Below are positions 1-11,200 of a stretch of DNA of 39,086 nucleotides, piece by piece. Origin of the DNA: Klebsiella phage ST13-OXA48phi12.1; sequence record MK422453.1; one strand, written 5' to 3'. The notes under the pieces are model-generated. The model saw nothing but the letters and a program-made list of their open reading frames with translations. It was not told the origin of the DNA and did not search any database. The translations under genes and the position numbers were made by a program. The first letter of the stretch is position 1, and every line of letters begins with the position of its first letter.

Positions 1-1467
<1,467 letters not shown>

Positions 1468-1471
1468 TCTG

Positions 1472-1490
1472 TTGAGAGCGACGCTCTCAA
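1472..1490 (+). terminator. rpsU-dnaG intergenic hairpin (TTGAGAGCG-ACGCTCTCAA), partial terminator/attenuator-like
   Basis: Perfect 8-9 bp inverted repeat immediately after the rpsU stop. There is no strong U-tract. Its position matches the known partial terminator between rpsU and dnaG in E. coli. Confidence 0.4.
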
Positions 1491-1578
1491 TTCAGACCGA
1501 GTTGTAGTTGTAAGGCCGTGCTTCCGAAAGGAATGCGCGGCTTATTTTCGTTTATAGTCATCAGAAATAACGGGGCTT

Positions 1579-3324
1579 ATGGCTGGACGAATTCCACGTG
1601 TATTTATTAGCGATCTGCTTGCCAGAACCGACATCGTCGATCTGATCGATGCGCGGGTAAAGCTGAAAAAGCAGGGCAAAAATTTTCACGCGTGCTGTCC
1701 GTTTCATAACGAAAAAACCCCCTCTTTCACCGTCAACGGTGAAAAACAGTTTTACCACTGCTTCGGCTGCGGGGCGCACGGCAATGCTATCGACTTCCTG
1801 ATGAACTACGACAAGCTCGAGTTCGTGGAAACGGTCGAAGAGCTGGCCGCCATGCACAACCTCGAAGTGCCTTATGAAGCAGGCAACGGACCCAGCCAGA
1901 TAGAGCGCCATCAACGGCAGAACCTCTACCAGTTACTGGATGGTCTGAATGCGTTTTATCAACAGTCTCTGATGCAGCCCGCCGCCGATCCTGCGCGCCA
2001 GTACCTGGCGAAACGGGGGTTAAGCAGCGAGGTGATTACGCGCTTTGCCATCGGCTATGCTCCCCCAGGTTGGGATAACGTTTTAAAACGGTTTGGCGGC
2101 AATCAGGAAAACCGCCAGTCGCTTATTGATGCCGGCATGCTGGTCACCAACGATCAGGGACGCAGTTACGACCGCTTCCGCGAACGGGTGATGTTCCCCA
2201 TCCGCGATAAGCGAGGCCGGGTGATTGGGTTTGGCGGACGGGTGCTGGGCGATGCCCTGCCGAAGTATCTGAACTCCCCGGAAACCGACATATTCCATAA
2301 AGGCCGCCAGCTGTATGGCCTGTATGAAGCGCAGCAGGATAACCCCGAACCACCGCGTTTGCTGGTTGTCGAAGGGTATATGGACGTCGTGGCGCTGGCG
2401 CAGTACGACATTAATTATGCCGTGGCCTCGCTGGGTACCTCGACCACGGCCGACCATATCCAGCTGCTGTTCCGGGTGACGAATAACGTCATCTGCTGCT
2501 ACGACGGCGACCGGGCCGGCCGCGATGCCGCCTGGCGCGCGCTGGAGACGGCGCTGCCGTACATGACCGATGGTCGCCAGCTACGCTTTATGTTTCTGCC
2601 TGACGGCGAAGACCCGGATACGCTGGTGCGTAAAGAGGGCAAAGCGGCGTTCGAGGCGCGGATGGAGCAGGCTCAGCCGCTCTCCACGTTCTTGTTTAAC
2701 AGCCTGCTGCCGCAGGTCGATCTGAGTACTCCGGACGGGCGCGCGCAGCTGAGCACGCTGGCGCTGCCGCTGATAACCCAGGTCCCGGGCGAAACGCTGC
2801 GCATCTATTTGCGTCAGGAGTTGGGCAATAAGCTGGGCATTTTAGATGACGCGCAGCTTGAACGATTAATGCCAAAACAGGCGGAAAATGGCGCGCCGCG
2901 TCCCGCACCGCAGCTAAAACGCACGACCATGCGTATACTGATAGGACTGCTGGTGCAAAACCCGGATCTGGCGCCGTTAGTCCCGCCGCTGGAGGGACTG
3001 GACTCGCGCAAAATGCCGGGACTGAGCCTGTTCAGCGAACTAGTGAAGAGCTGTCTGGCGCAGCCTGGTCTGACAACCGGGCAACTTTTAGAGCAATATC
3101 GCGGCACAAAAGAGGCGGCAACCCTTGAAAAACTGTCGATGTGGGACGATATAGCAGATAAAGACATCGCTGAACAAACCTTCACCGACTCGCTCAACCA
3201 TATGTTTGATTCACTGCTGGAACTGCGACAGGAAGAGTTGATAGCTCGCGATCGCACACACGGTTTAAGCAGTGAAGAACGCCGGGAGCTCTGGACCATC
3301 AGCCAGGAGCTGGCGAAAAAATAA
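1579..3324 (+). CDS. dnaG: DNA primase
   Basis: 581-aa ORF with a CHC2 zinc finger (CCPFHNEKTPSF...CFGCGAHG), the TOPRIM motif (EGYMDVV...YDGDRAG) and a DnaB-interaction C-terminal domain. The operon context supports the call. Confidence 0.95.
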   Translation: MAGRIPRVFISDLLARTDIVDLIDARVKLKKQGKNFHACCPFHNEKTPSFTVNGEKQFYHCFGCGAHGNAIDFLMNYDKLEFVETVEELAAMHNLEVPYEAGNGPSQIERHQRQNLYQLLDGLNAFYQQSLMQPAADPARQYLAKRGLSSEVITRFAIGYAPPGWDNVLKRFGGNQENRQSLIDAGMLVTNDQGRSYDRFRERVMFPIRDKRGRVIGFGGRVLGDALPKYLNSPETDIFHKGRQLYGLYEAQQDNPEPPRLLVVEGYMDVVALAQYDINYAVASLGTSTTADHIQLLFRVTNNVICCYDGDRAGRDAAWRALETALPYMTDGRQLRFMFLPDGEDPDTLVRKEGKAAFEARMEQAQPLSTFLFNSLLPQVDLSTPDGRAQLSTLALPLITQVPGETLRIYLRQELGNKLGILDDAQLERLMPKQAENGAPRPAPQLKRTTMRILIGLLVQNPDLAPLVPPLEGLDSRKMPGLSLFSELVKSCLAQPGLTTGQLLEQYRGTKEAATLEKLSMWDDIADKDIAEQTFTDSLNHMFDSLLELRQEELIARDRTHGLSSEERRELWTISQELAKK

Positions 3325-3338
3325 ATGACAGACAATAT

Positions 3339-3386
3339 CCTTCACGTTGTATCAAAGCAGTAAGAAAACGCAGAACAACGTGAAGG
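3339..3386 (+). promoter_or_regulatory. 11-bp perfect inverted repeat CCTTCACGTTG ... CAACGTGAAGG (25-nt spacer) in the dnaG-rpoD intergenic region
   Basis: Read directly from the sequence. It lies in the region that carries the RNA processing/antitermination elements and the rpoD heat-shock promoter in E. coli. Confidence 0.35.
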
Positions 3387-3542
3387 AAAAGTATTTAACG
3401 GCTTAAGTGCCGAGTATCGATCGGGAAGCCCCCGACAGCCGCGCAGAGGCGCAGCGGCAATAATATAAGTACGCCCTCGCTTTAAATGTCGACAGCCCGT
3501 CTGCCGACACCAATCAAACGAATTAAGTGTGGATACCGTCTT

Positions 3543-5384
3543 ATGGAGCAAAACCCGCAGTCACAGCTGAAGCTTCTTGTCCAACGTGGTAAGGAGCAAG
3601 GCTATCTGACCTATGCCGAGGTCAATGACCATCTGCCGGAAGATATCGTCGATTCCGATCAGATCGAAGACATCATCCAAATGATCAACGACATGGGTAT
3701 TCAGGTGATGGAAGAAGCACCGGATGCCGATGATCTGATGCTTGCCGAAAACACCGCGGATGAAGATGCTGCCGAAGCCGCCGCGCAGGTGCTCTCCAGC
3801 GTGGAATCCGAAATCGGGCGCACGACCGACCCGGTGCGTATGTACATGCGTGAAATGGGTACCGTAGAGCTGCTGACCCGTGAAGGCGAAATTGACATCG
3901 CCAAACGCATCGAAGACGGCATCAATCAGGTGCAGTGCTCCGTTGCCGAATATCCGGAAGCGATCACCTACCTGCTTGAGCAGTACGACCGCGTTGAAGC
4001 GGAAGAAGCCCGTCTGTCCGATCTGATCACCGGTTTCGTCGATCCGAACGCCGAAGAAGATATGGCGCCAACCGCCACCCACGTTGGCTCCGAGCTGTCT
4101 CAGGAAGAGATGGATGACGACGAAGACGAAGACGAAGATGAAGACGCCGACGACAACAGCGATGACGACAACAGCATCGACCCAGAGCTGGCCCGTGAGA
4201 AATTCGCCGAGCTGCGTACCCAGTACGAGCTGACGCGCGACACCATCAAAGCCAAAGGTCGTAGCCATGCCGCCGCCCAGGAAGAGATCCTGAAGCTGTC
4301 TGAAGTCTTCAAGCAGTTCCGCCTGGTGCCGAAGCAGTTCGATTACCTGGTCAACAGCATGCGCAGCATGATGGATCGCGTTCGTACTCAGGAACGTATC
4401 ATCATGAAGCTGTGCGTTGAGCAGTGCAAAATGCCGAAGAAAAACTTCATCACCCTGTTCACCGGCAACGAAACCAGCGAGACCTGGTTCAACGCCGCGG
4501 TGGCAATGAACAAGCCGTGGTCTGAGAAGCTGCTGGAAGTGAAAGAAGATGTGCAGCGCGGCCTGCAGAAGCTGCAGCAGATTGAAGAAGAGACCGGCCT
4601 GACCATCGAGCAGGTTAAAGATATCAACCGTCGCATGTCCATCGGCGAAGCGAAAGCCCGTCGTGCGAAGAAAGAGATGGTTGAAGCGAACCTGCGTCTG
4701 GTTATCTCTATCGCCAAGAAATACACCAACCGCGGTCTGCAGTTCCTCGACCTGATTCAGGAAGGCAACATCGGTCTGATGAAAGCGGTCGATAAGTTCG
4801 AATACCGTCGTGGCTACAAGTTCTCGACCTACGCCACCTGGTGGATCCGTCAGGCCATCACCCGCTCTATCGCGGATCAGGCGCGCACCATCCGTATTCC
4901 GGTGCATATGATTGAGACTATCAACAAGCTCAACCGTATCTCCCGTCAGATGCTGCAGGAGATGGGCCGTGAACCGACCCCGGAAGAGCTGGCTGAGCGT
5001 ATGCTGATGCCGGAAGACAAAATCCGTAAAGTGCTGAAGATCGCCAAAGAGCCTATCTCCATGGAAACGCCGATCGGCGACGATGAAGATTCGCATCTGG
5101 GGGATTTCATCGAGGATACCACCCTCGAGCTGCCGCTGGATTCTGCGACCACCGAGAGCCTGCGCGCGGCAACGCATGACGTGCTGGCCGGCCTCACCGC
5201 TCGTGAAGCGAAAGTGCTGCGTATGCGTTTCGGTATCGACATGAACACCGACCACACGCTGGAAGAAGTGGGTAAACAGTTCGACGTTACCCGCGAACGT
5301 ATCCGTCAGATCGAAGCGAAGGCGCTGCGTAAACTGCGCCACCCGAGCCGTTCTGAAGTGCTGCGTAGCTTCCTCGACGATTAA
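3543..5384 (+). CDS. rpoD: RNA polymerase sigma factor sigma70 (RpoD), 613 aa
   Basis: Start chosen at [13 protein letters not shown] (internal to six-frame ORF 3486..5384) to match the canonical RpoD N-terminus. It has the acidic region [19 protein letters not shown] and regions 2-4 ([43 protein letters not shown]...). Confidence 0.95.
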   Translation: MEQNPQSQLKLLVQRGKEQGYLTYAEVNDHLPEDIVDSDQIEDIIQMINDMGIQVMEEAPDADDLMLAENTADEDAAEAAAQVLSSVESEIGRTTDPVRMYMREMGTVELLTREGEIDIAKRIEDGINQVQCSVAEYPEAITYLLEQYDRVEAEEARLSDLITGFVDPNAEEDMAPTATHVGSELSQEEMDDDEDEDEDEDADDNSDDDNSIDPELAREKFAELRTQYELTRDTIKAKGRSHAAAQEEILKLSEVFKQFRLVPKQFDYLVNSMRSMMDRVRTQERIIMKLCVEQCKMPKKNFITLFTGNETSETWFNAAVAMNKPWSEKLLEVKEDVQRGLQKLQQIEEETGLTIEQVKDINRRMSIGEAKARRAKKEMVEANLRLVISIAKKYTNRGLQFLDLIQEGNIGLMKAVDKFEYRRGYKFSTYATWWIRQAITRSIADQARTIRIPVHMIETINKLNRISRQMLQEMGREPTPEELAERMLMPEDKIRKVLKIAKEPISMETPIGDDEDSHLGDFIEDTTLELPLDSATTESLRAATHDVLAGLTAREAKVLRMRFGIDMNTDHTLEEVGKQFDVTRERIRQIEAKALRKLRHPSRSEVLRSFLDD

Positions 5385-5413
5385 TCGTCGCGGGGCATCG
5401 TCTACAGCCTGTT

Positions 5414-5441
5414 AAAAAGCTCCCTGCGGGGAGCTTTTTTT
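5414..5441. terminator. bidirectional rho-independent terminator between convergent rpoD and mug (AAAAAGCTCCC-TGCG-GGGAGCTTTTTTT)
   Basis: GC-rich stem flanked by an A-tract on one side and a T-tract on the other, located between the rpoD stop (5384) and the mug stop (5484). Confidence 0.8.
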
Positions 5442-5483
5442 ATGGCGTTCAGGTGGCCATCCCGGGAAAGTCGCCTCTCTCCG

Positions 5484-5990
5484 CTACTGGCCGCGGGTTG
5501 CCAGGGCATCGTCCAGTTCACGATAGGCCGCCACCAGCTTATCGAGCGTCGCCCGGTTTAAGCCGCTGGGATTAGGCAGCACCCACACCTGGGTCGTCCC
5601 GATGGTCATAGCCTGTTTCCCCCACTTCGCGCCGCGCTGGTTAAAGGCCAGCTCGAAGGCCTGCTTGCCGAGCACCGCCAGCGCCTGCGGCTGATACTCC
5701 TCAATTTTACGTACCAGCTCACGGCCGCCGCTGCGTAACTCCTGCAAGGCGACCTCGCTGGCCTGCACCGTCGGACGCTCTACCAGCATGGTGATGCCGC
5801 AGCGCGTATCCAGCAGCTGCAGCTCCTCTTCCGGCCTGAGCTGCCGATCGGTGAACCCGGCCTGATGGATGACCTTCCAGAAGCGATTGCCAGGATGGGC
5901 AAAATGAAAGCCGGTATGGGCGGAGGACTTCCCCGGGTTGATACCGCAAAAGACAACGCGCAGGCCCGGCGCAAGGATATCGCTAATCAT
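5484..5990 (-). CDS. mug: G/U mismatch-specific DNA glycosylase (Mug), 168 aa
   Basis: [20 protein letters not shown]...NPSGLN matches the Mug/TDG family N- and C-terminal motifs. Its position between rpoD and ileX is as in E. coli. Confidence 0.9.
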   Translation of the reverse strand: MISDILAPGLRVVFCGINPGKSSAHTGFHFAHPGNRFWKVIHQAGFTDRQLRPEEELQLLDTRCGITMLVERPTVQASEVALQELRSGGRELVRKIEEYQPQALAVLGKQAFELAFNQRGAKWGKQAMTIGTTQVWVLPNPSGLNRATLDKLVAAYRELDDALATRGQ

Positions 5991-6098
5991 GTTTTCTCCG
6001 GCTGTATGGCTAAAACATGATTATAAAGGATTGAAAATGCATTGTTTATAAAAACAGCAGCTGCGCGCTTTACGCTGGATTGCAATCGCCAGTTACTT

Positions 6099-6104
6099 TA
6101 TAAT
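6099..6104 (+). promoter_or_regulatory. -10 hexamer TATAAT followed by a GC-rich discriminator (CCCTCGCC) 10 nt upstream of the tRNA
   Basis: Perfect consensus -10. The nearest -35-like TTGCAA (6080-6085) has only a 13-bp spacer, so the -35 assignment is uncertain. Confidence 0.4.
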
Positions 6105-6114
6105 CCCTCGCCAC

Positions 6115-6190
6115 GGCCCCTTAGCTCAGTGGTTAGAGCAGGCGACTCATAATCGCTTGGTCGTTGGTTCAAACCCAACAGGGGCCACCA
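6115..6190 (+). tRNA. ileX: tRNA-Ile2 (anticodon CAU, lysidine-modified; ileX-type), 76 nt with encoded CCA
   Basis: GGCCCCTTAGCTCAGTGGTTAGAGCAGGCGACTCATAATCGCTTGGTCGTTGGTTCAAACCCAACAGGGGCCACCA is near-identical to E. coli ileX. The differences are compensatory changes in the T-stem (GTTGG/CCAAC here versus GCTGG/CCAGC in E. coli). It serves as the prophage attachment site. Confidence 0.92.
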
Positions 6191-6215
6191 AATTTTAGCT
6201 TTAAAATCATATAGT

Positions 6216-6242
6216 AAGCCACTTCTCGCGAGGTGGCTTTTT
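6216..6242 (+). terminator. rho-independent terminator after the tRNA (AAGCCACTTCTCG-CGAGGTGGCTT + TTTTT)
   Basis: About 10-bp stem followed by a T-run 25 nt after the tRNA 3' end. It is probably phage-supplied, since it lies inside attL-proximal DNA. Confidence 0.7.
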
Positions 6243-6317
6243 CATATCAGAAACGCCATTGGCAGCAAAATGGCAGCAGGTTTTTCACGTACTCATACTT
6301 TTTAAGGACAGACTCGT

Positions 6318-6695
6318 ATGAAAAAACCTCTTTTGGCCTTGCTACTTGTCGCATCTCAAAGTGCCTTCGCAGACAAAATCCCAGACTCTATTGAGAATCT
6401 CATTGCTGTTTACGATACAAGATCGCACAGCCTGGACAATGGCGAGCTAACCATTAAATACAGCAAACCAAAATTATTGATAGATGCCGCTGAATCACTT
6501 TTCAGCGGCATTTGCAATGATTACTTTATGAACAAATGGAAGCCAGAGACGATTAAAAAAATCACTCTGTTAAATGTTTCCCATGACCAAGGTTTTAGGA
6601 TTAATGGCGGTGGAGTTGAATGTAAAAAAACTGGCTCCATGGAAAACGAAAAGGCACGTTCTTACAGAACCAGTTTGATTGAACCTCTGCAATAA
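6318..6695 (+). CDS. small secreted (Sec signal peptide) hypothetical protein, 125 aa; prophage moron between attL and ogr
   Basis: MKKPLLALLLVASQSAFA|DK shows a signal peptidase I site. There are two Cys, and the gene is AT-rich relative to the flanks. It has its own SD (AAGGACAG) and is oriented opposite to the phage late genes. Confidence 0.65.
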   Translation: MKKPLLALLLVASQSAFADKIPDSIENLIAVYDTRSHSLDNGELTIKYSKPKLLIDAAESLFSGICNDYFMNKWKPETIKKITLLNVSHDQGFRINGGGVECKKTGSMENEKARSYRTSLIEPLQ

Positions 6696-6707
6696 ACTTT
6701 TGTTACG

Positions 6708-6926
6708 TTAAAAGTTCATATGCCCCTGCCCGGCGGCAGTGGGGTGCGGCAGGGCATTATCAATAACTCCAGGTGTCATGATGTATCGCACTACGGTTTC
6801 ATGAGTGATGAAGGTGGTTCCGCAATTAATATTCTGGCACTGACAGTAACGCTCTTTTGTCTGATCCGTTACCCGAAAGCTACTCCGCGTATGCGCCGCG
6901 TGGCCGCACTTTGGACAATTCATCAT
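6708..6926 (-). CDS. ogr: Ogr/Delta-family zinc-finger late-gene transcription activator (P2 Ogr / 186 B), about 72 aa
   Basis: Start chosen at MMNCPKCGHAAHTRSSFRVTDQTKERYCQCQNINCGTTFITHETVVRYI (C-X2-C...C-X4-C zinc finger). A GGGAG SD lies 8 nt upstream. The upstream part of ORF 6708..6956 is judged to be leader. Confidence 0.85.
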   Translation of the reverse strand: MMNCPKCGHAAHTRSSFRVTDQTKERYCQCQNINCGTTFITHETVVRYIMTPGVIDNALPHPTAAGQGHMNF

Positions 6927-6996
6927 TACATTTATCTCCCGCCCTGCACATTTCAATCACATAATGATACATACAACTTCCATTTTGTGAAGCTCA

Positions 6997-8094
6997 TCAG
7001 CTCATTTCTAAATCATCAATATTCACTTCCAGTTCGATGCTGGTCGTAAATCCGCTATCCGGGTTGACCGTGTGCGTTAACGTTGTGATGATCCATTCCG
7101 CATCATCAATGGGCTGTTTAAAACCGCTGACCTTAACGGGCATTTCTGTATACAGATCCGCGCGTCCTTCTGCCAGCTGGAGAGAAAATGTCGCCACGCC
7201 GCGCTGCAGCCGCTCCCAGTTCATTTTTGCTGCCCGTTCTGCATTACTGCGGTTCGCATAGGTACGGTTCAGAACCAGCACATTCTCATCCGTTCCGACC
7301 AGGTAATCCCCCTGCTTTGCTTCCGGCTCTTTGGGTTTTGTCGTCCTCCGGCGCCGCTTCACCTTTGCAGTTTCTTTCTTTTCCGGTTCCCGGGTATGCA
7401 GCCAGTGAGCGATAACACCTGTATATGCTCCCCTGTCAACCAGGCTAAACCGGTGACTGTCTCCGTCCTTACGGGTAATAGTGATGACCGGCAACGGTTT
7501 ACCACTTGCTGTTTTCCCCTGCCCCTGCCGGATAAACAGCAGATTACCGTCCTTGACTGAGGCAATCGCGCCATACTGCCGCGCCAGCTTCATTAAAAAG
7601 CTGGCGTCGCTTTCGTTGGTCTGATCCAGGTGATCCAGCGCCATCGCAGCAACATCATTTCCTATAGCAACTTTAAGGTTGTGCCGTGCGGCAATGTCTT
7701 TCACCACATCGCCCACCGTCGTTTTGTGCCAGGACTTCTCACGCCGGACATTCAGCGTTTCCCTGAAATCAGCACTACGGGCACGGATTGTCAGCCTGTC
7801 CGGGCTGCCGCTATGCTCTATTTCGTCAACGGTAAACTTACCTTTTGAGTACAGCGGCTCGCCTTTCCATCCCAGCGCCAAAGAAATCACTGCGCCACGA
7901 CGCGGCATAATTACCAGGCCGTCGGCGTCGTCCAGCTCCAGATCAAGCTGGTCAGCTTCAAATCCGCGGTTGTCGGTCAGTGTCATACCCAGCAGACGTT
8001 TATCCAGCGTCTGCGTGGCATCTTTGCCTTCAATCACGATCCGAAAGACCGGGGTCTTGCTTCCGAGGTTGAGTAAATCAGCCATCTCGCTCAC
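6997..8094 (-). CDS. D: P2 gpD-like tail protein (late control D)
   Basis: 365 aa. Its position next to ogr and U and its size match P2/186 D. Confidence 0.85.
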   Translation of the reverse strand: MSEMADLLNLGSKTPVFRIVIEGKDATQTLDKRLLGMTLTDNRGFEADQLDLELDDADGLVIMPRRGAVISLALGWKGEPLYSKGKFTVDEIEHSGSPDRLTIRARSADFRETLNVRREKSWHKTTVGDVVKDIAARHNLKVAIGNDVAAMALDHLDQTNESDASFLMKLARQYGAIASVKDGNLLFIRQGQGKTASGKPLPVITITRKDGDSHRFSLVDRGAYTGVIAHWLHTREPEKKETAKVKRRRRTTKPKEPEAKQGDYLVGTDENVLVLNRTYANRSNAERAAKMNWERLQRGVATFSLQLAEGRADLYTEMPVKVSGFKQPIDDAEWIITTLTHTVNPDSGFTTSIELEVNIDDLEMS

Positions 8095-8576
8095 TGCAGC
8101 AACCCTCCTACCGTGGATCTGATGTTCCCTACTGCGGCGGCGGCAGAATCCTGCAGACTGCTAAGCTGATCACTCAGACTGCCGAACATTTCAGACAGGG
8201 ACTCATCCACCCGTTTAAGCCCCAACGAAAACTCTATTTTCCTGGCTTCTCCACTGGCGAAAAATTCTGTTTTCGTCTGGTTAAGGCTCTCAATCACATA
8301 CATGCCGTAGATAGTCCCACCACCCTCGATCAGCGGCCACGCCTTCCCCTGCTCTGCCATCAGCTCCAGCGCCAGCAACGACAACCGGCCGCCGGTCACT
8401 TCCGGCATGAGGACGCCGGAGAGCGTCAGCTGATCGTTATCTGGCCCCAAAAATTGCGTTGTCGGACGGCGATTAACGCGGTTGTTGGTCACATGGCGCC
8501 AGTTCCGCTGATACTGCAGTTGCTGATAGGGAACCGTGCGCAGCTGAAACACAAACAAGCCCAGGACCATCATCAT
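8091..8576 (-). CDS. U: P2 gpU-like tail protein
   Basis: 161 aa, with ATGA start/stop overlap coupling to T upstream and D downstream, in the conserved T-U-D order. Confidence 0.85.
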   Translation of the reverse strand: MMMVLGLFVFQLRTVPYQQLQYQRNWRHVTNNRVNRRPTTQFLGPDNDQLTLSGVLMPEVTGGRLSLLALELMAEQGKAWPLIEGGGTIYGMYVIESLNQTKTEFFASGEARKIEFSLGLKRVDESLSEMFGSLSDQLSSLQDSAAAAVGNIRSTVGGLLQ

Positions 8577-11200
8577 GAATCGTACCCCCCTTGATCACTG
8601 AAATTGCTGCGGGCCTTCGCCTTCATGCGTCGCTCGCGCGCATCAAGCTGCCGTGCAACTTCCTGCGCAATATCCTGCGTGCTCTGACCGGGCAGAGCCT
8701 GGATAATAATTTGCGCATGGGTTTCAAACTGGAATACAGGCTGGCTGCCTGCTGGCTTATCAGTTACAGGACGGTATGAAGCTGCCGGCAGACTCATTGG
8801 ATGAAGCGGGGCGGCCTCTGCTGGCATTGCTCCCCCCATCATTCCGGCGACTACGGACGCCAGCGCGGCCGTTCTCCTGCGGCTGGTCACATAGGCCGGA
8901 CCGTTAATCAGCTCCGGGCCATTCTCGCCAGCAATACCCACCTGTCCACGTGGAATATAGCCACCACTGTCATACATCCCCGCGAAAAATCCTGGGGTCT
9001 TTTTCTGCGGTGAGGCGCCCTGCGAATTATCGCCGCCGGTCATCCAGTCCGGCAGGTAGCTTTTGACCGATGCCAGCTTGCTCTTAAGCGTTTCCCATTT
9101 CTCATTGATACCGCTCAGGATGCCGTCAATGATCGCCCCGCCCACCGCTTTAAATTTTGCGGGCAGCGCGGCAACATCACTCAGAATTTCATCCCATTTG
9201 CTGCTTATGGTCTGCTTAATCACAGCCCAGGCTACTGATACCCCTGACGTGATGGCATCCCACAGTGCTTTAAACTTCGGCCCCAGCGTTTCCCAGTTCT
9301 GCCAGATATAGATGGCTCCCATCGCAATCAGGCCAACTATCGCCAGAATGGGGTTAGCCATCATCAACCGGCCTAACCAGAGGACCGACTGGCCCGCACC
9401 ACCAATCACCTGCTTTATCAGACCAAAAGCGGAGGCAAACTTAATTCCCAGAACCCCAGCACTCACCCGCAGTACCGCCATAGGTCCCAAAATGGATGCC
9501 AGGGCCAGTGACACCACACCCGCAGCGGTAGCAACAACGGCAAATACCGCCGCAATCTTAAACAGCGCCGCCGTCAGTTGCGGATGACGCTTCACAAAAC
9601 CATCCAGCGCGGACGCCAGATTACCCAGCCAGTCCGCAATATTTTTCAGCACCGGCGCGACGGTTTCACCGATGCTCGCCATGGCGTTGGTAAAGGAGCC
9701 GCCAGCGGCTTCCCATTTGTTGTCTAGGGTATTAAGCGATGCATCGACGCGCTCGCGCAGGGTTGCCTGGTTCTCCAGCTTCGCTACTGTTTCACGATAA
9801 CCATCAATACCTTTTTGGATCATGATATCCAACGCCTGTAGCGTTTCTGAATCATTGCCAAACAGGTCTTTTTTTGTTGCCATCTGCTTCTCGGGAGTAA
9901 GTTTGCTCAGCTTACTTAGCTGGACATACATATTTTCCAGCCCACCAAATCCTCCCTTACCATCAGAAAAATTAAACTTAATGCCGGTCCCTTTTAGATC
10001 ATCATTAACAGCTTTAATTTTCTTTGCATCCAGGGCAGCCTGGAATATTTTCCGATACGCATTCCCAGCAGACTCCCCGGCCATACTTGCCTGGTCGGCC
10101 ATAACCAGCAGTGGGGCAAAGGTTTTAGCTGCATCTATCCCTTTTTTATTTAGGATACTCATCGCGCTACTAATTTTTGAAAAACCCTGCAGCATATTCC
10201 CGGGGTCTACGCCCGCATAAAAACCACGCTGGATAAGATCCATCAGGCTCATCATGTCATTTTCGGTGGTCTGCGTGGCGTCCTGCAATTTTGCGGCAAA
10301 CTCTGCCGCCTCCGTCGGCGCCATTTGCAGCTGCACGCCAAGGTAAGCCGCCGACTCACCCAGCCCGCCCAGGATAACCTGCGCTGACATCCCCTGACGG
10401 CGTAACATGGTCATCATGTTCTGAAAATCTGCCGTGGTACCGGGCAACCGGTCCCCCAGGGCAATCGCCAGCTTATTCAGCTTCAGGAACTCAGGCGCCA
10501 CCTTTCCGCCCGGTCCCATCATTGAGCCTGCCAGCTGGTTAGCGGCGTTCTCTGATTCCGAGTAGGCGCGAATGGGCGCCAGCAAGGTCGCGCCCGTTGT
10601 CACCCCGGCCGCCATCATCCCGGCCCCGTTCCCCGCCAGGCTGTTACGCACGTCGCGCATCTTGTCAGCTTTGGCCCTGATCGCATTCAGCTTGCGCTGG
10701 CGCTCGCCCACGTCCCGCAAGCGCCGCTCCTGCTCTGCCAGCTGCTGGTTATAGCGATCCGTTTCGCGGGTAATTCTGGCCGTTTCACGGGCGCCACCGC
10801 CCGCAGAGATGCCAAGGCGGTACAGCTCCGCCCTGGTTGCCGCCATCTGCCGCGTTTCCTGCTGCTGCTTTTGTTCCAGGCGTGATACGGCGCGCCATTG
10901 CGCCTCAAGCGCCTGCGTCTGTTTTTTCGTGGGGGATTCGAGCGCTGCCAGTTCGCGCGTCATCATCTGCGCACGCAGCCGCGCCTGGTCCAGCTCGTTG
11001 CTGGTCCGGTTCAGGCTCTGTGAGAGCTGATCAAAAGATTTTAACTGGCCCCCCGCGTCGTTAAGCCGTTTAAGCTGATCACGGGTCTGTCGGATGCCGG
11101 AGGCCAGCTCCTTCGAGCCAGCCAGCGCATTTTTTAAAGGGCGGGTGAGTTTATCAACCGCATTCAGAACCACCTGCAGGCGCAGGTTTTTATCACTCAT
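8573..11200 (-). CDS. T: tail tape-measure protein (P2 gpT-like), 875 aa
   Basis: Long coiled-coil, Ala/Gly-rich protein with hydrophobic stretches, located between E/E' and U. Confidence 0.9.
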   Translation of the reverse strand: MSDKNLRLQVVLNAVDKLTRPLKNALAGSKELASGIRQTRDQLKRLNDAGGQLKSFDQLSQSLNRTSNELDQARLRAQMMTRELAALESPTKKQTQALEAQWRAVSRLEQKQQQETRQMAATRAELYRLGISAGGGARETARITRETDRYNQQLAEQERRLRDVGERQRKLNAIRAKADKMRDVRNSLAGNGAGMMAAGVTTGATLLAPIRAYSESENAANQLAGSMMGPGGKVAPEFLKLNKLAIALGDRLPGTTADFQNMMTMLRRQGMSAQVILGGLGESAAYLGVQLQMAPTEAAEFAAKLQDATQTTENDMMSLMDLIQRGFYAGVDPGNMLQGFSKISSAMSILNKKGIDAAKTFAPLLVMADQASMAGESAGNAYRKIFQAALDAKKIKAVNDDLKGTGIKFNFSDGKGGFGGLENMYVQLSKLSKLTPEKQMATKKDLFGNDSETLQALDIMIQKGIDGYRETVAKLENQATLRERVDASLNTLDNKWEAAGGSFTNAMASIGETVAPVLKNIADWLGNLASALDGFVKRHPQLTAALFKIAAVFAVVATAAGVVSLALASILGPMAVLRVSAGVLGIKFASAFGLIKQVIGGAGQSVLWLGRLMMANPILAIVGLIAMGAIYIWQNWETLGPKFKALWDAITSGVSVAWAVIKQTISSKWDEILSDVAALPAKFKAVGGAIIDGILSGINEKWETLKSKLASVKSYLPDWMTGGDNSQGASPQKKTPGFFAGMYDSGGYIPRGQVGIAGENGPELINGPAYVTSRRRTAALASVVAGMMGGAMPAEAAPLHPMSLPAASYRPVTDKPAGSQPVFQFETHAQIIIQALPGQSTQDIAQEVARQLDARERRMKAKARSNFSDQGGYDS

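Noticed and set aside
3561-5342. 593-aa ORF on the minus strand antisense to rpoD. Similar long antisense ORFs were seen elsewhere: 73..942 opposite tsaD, 11094..12059 opposite FII/E/T, 14278..14643, and 33495..34125 opposite gene A.
   Set aside because: These are typical spurious antisense ORFs in GC-rich DNA, opposite genes whose products are clearly recognisable. They have low-complexity Arg/Gly/His-rich translations and no SD.
6080-6085. TTGCAA as the -35 for the tRNA-Ile promoter
   Set aside because: It is only 13 bp from the perfect TATAAT -10, too short for sigma70. The real -35 is probably a weak hexamer at 17-bp spacing.
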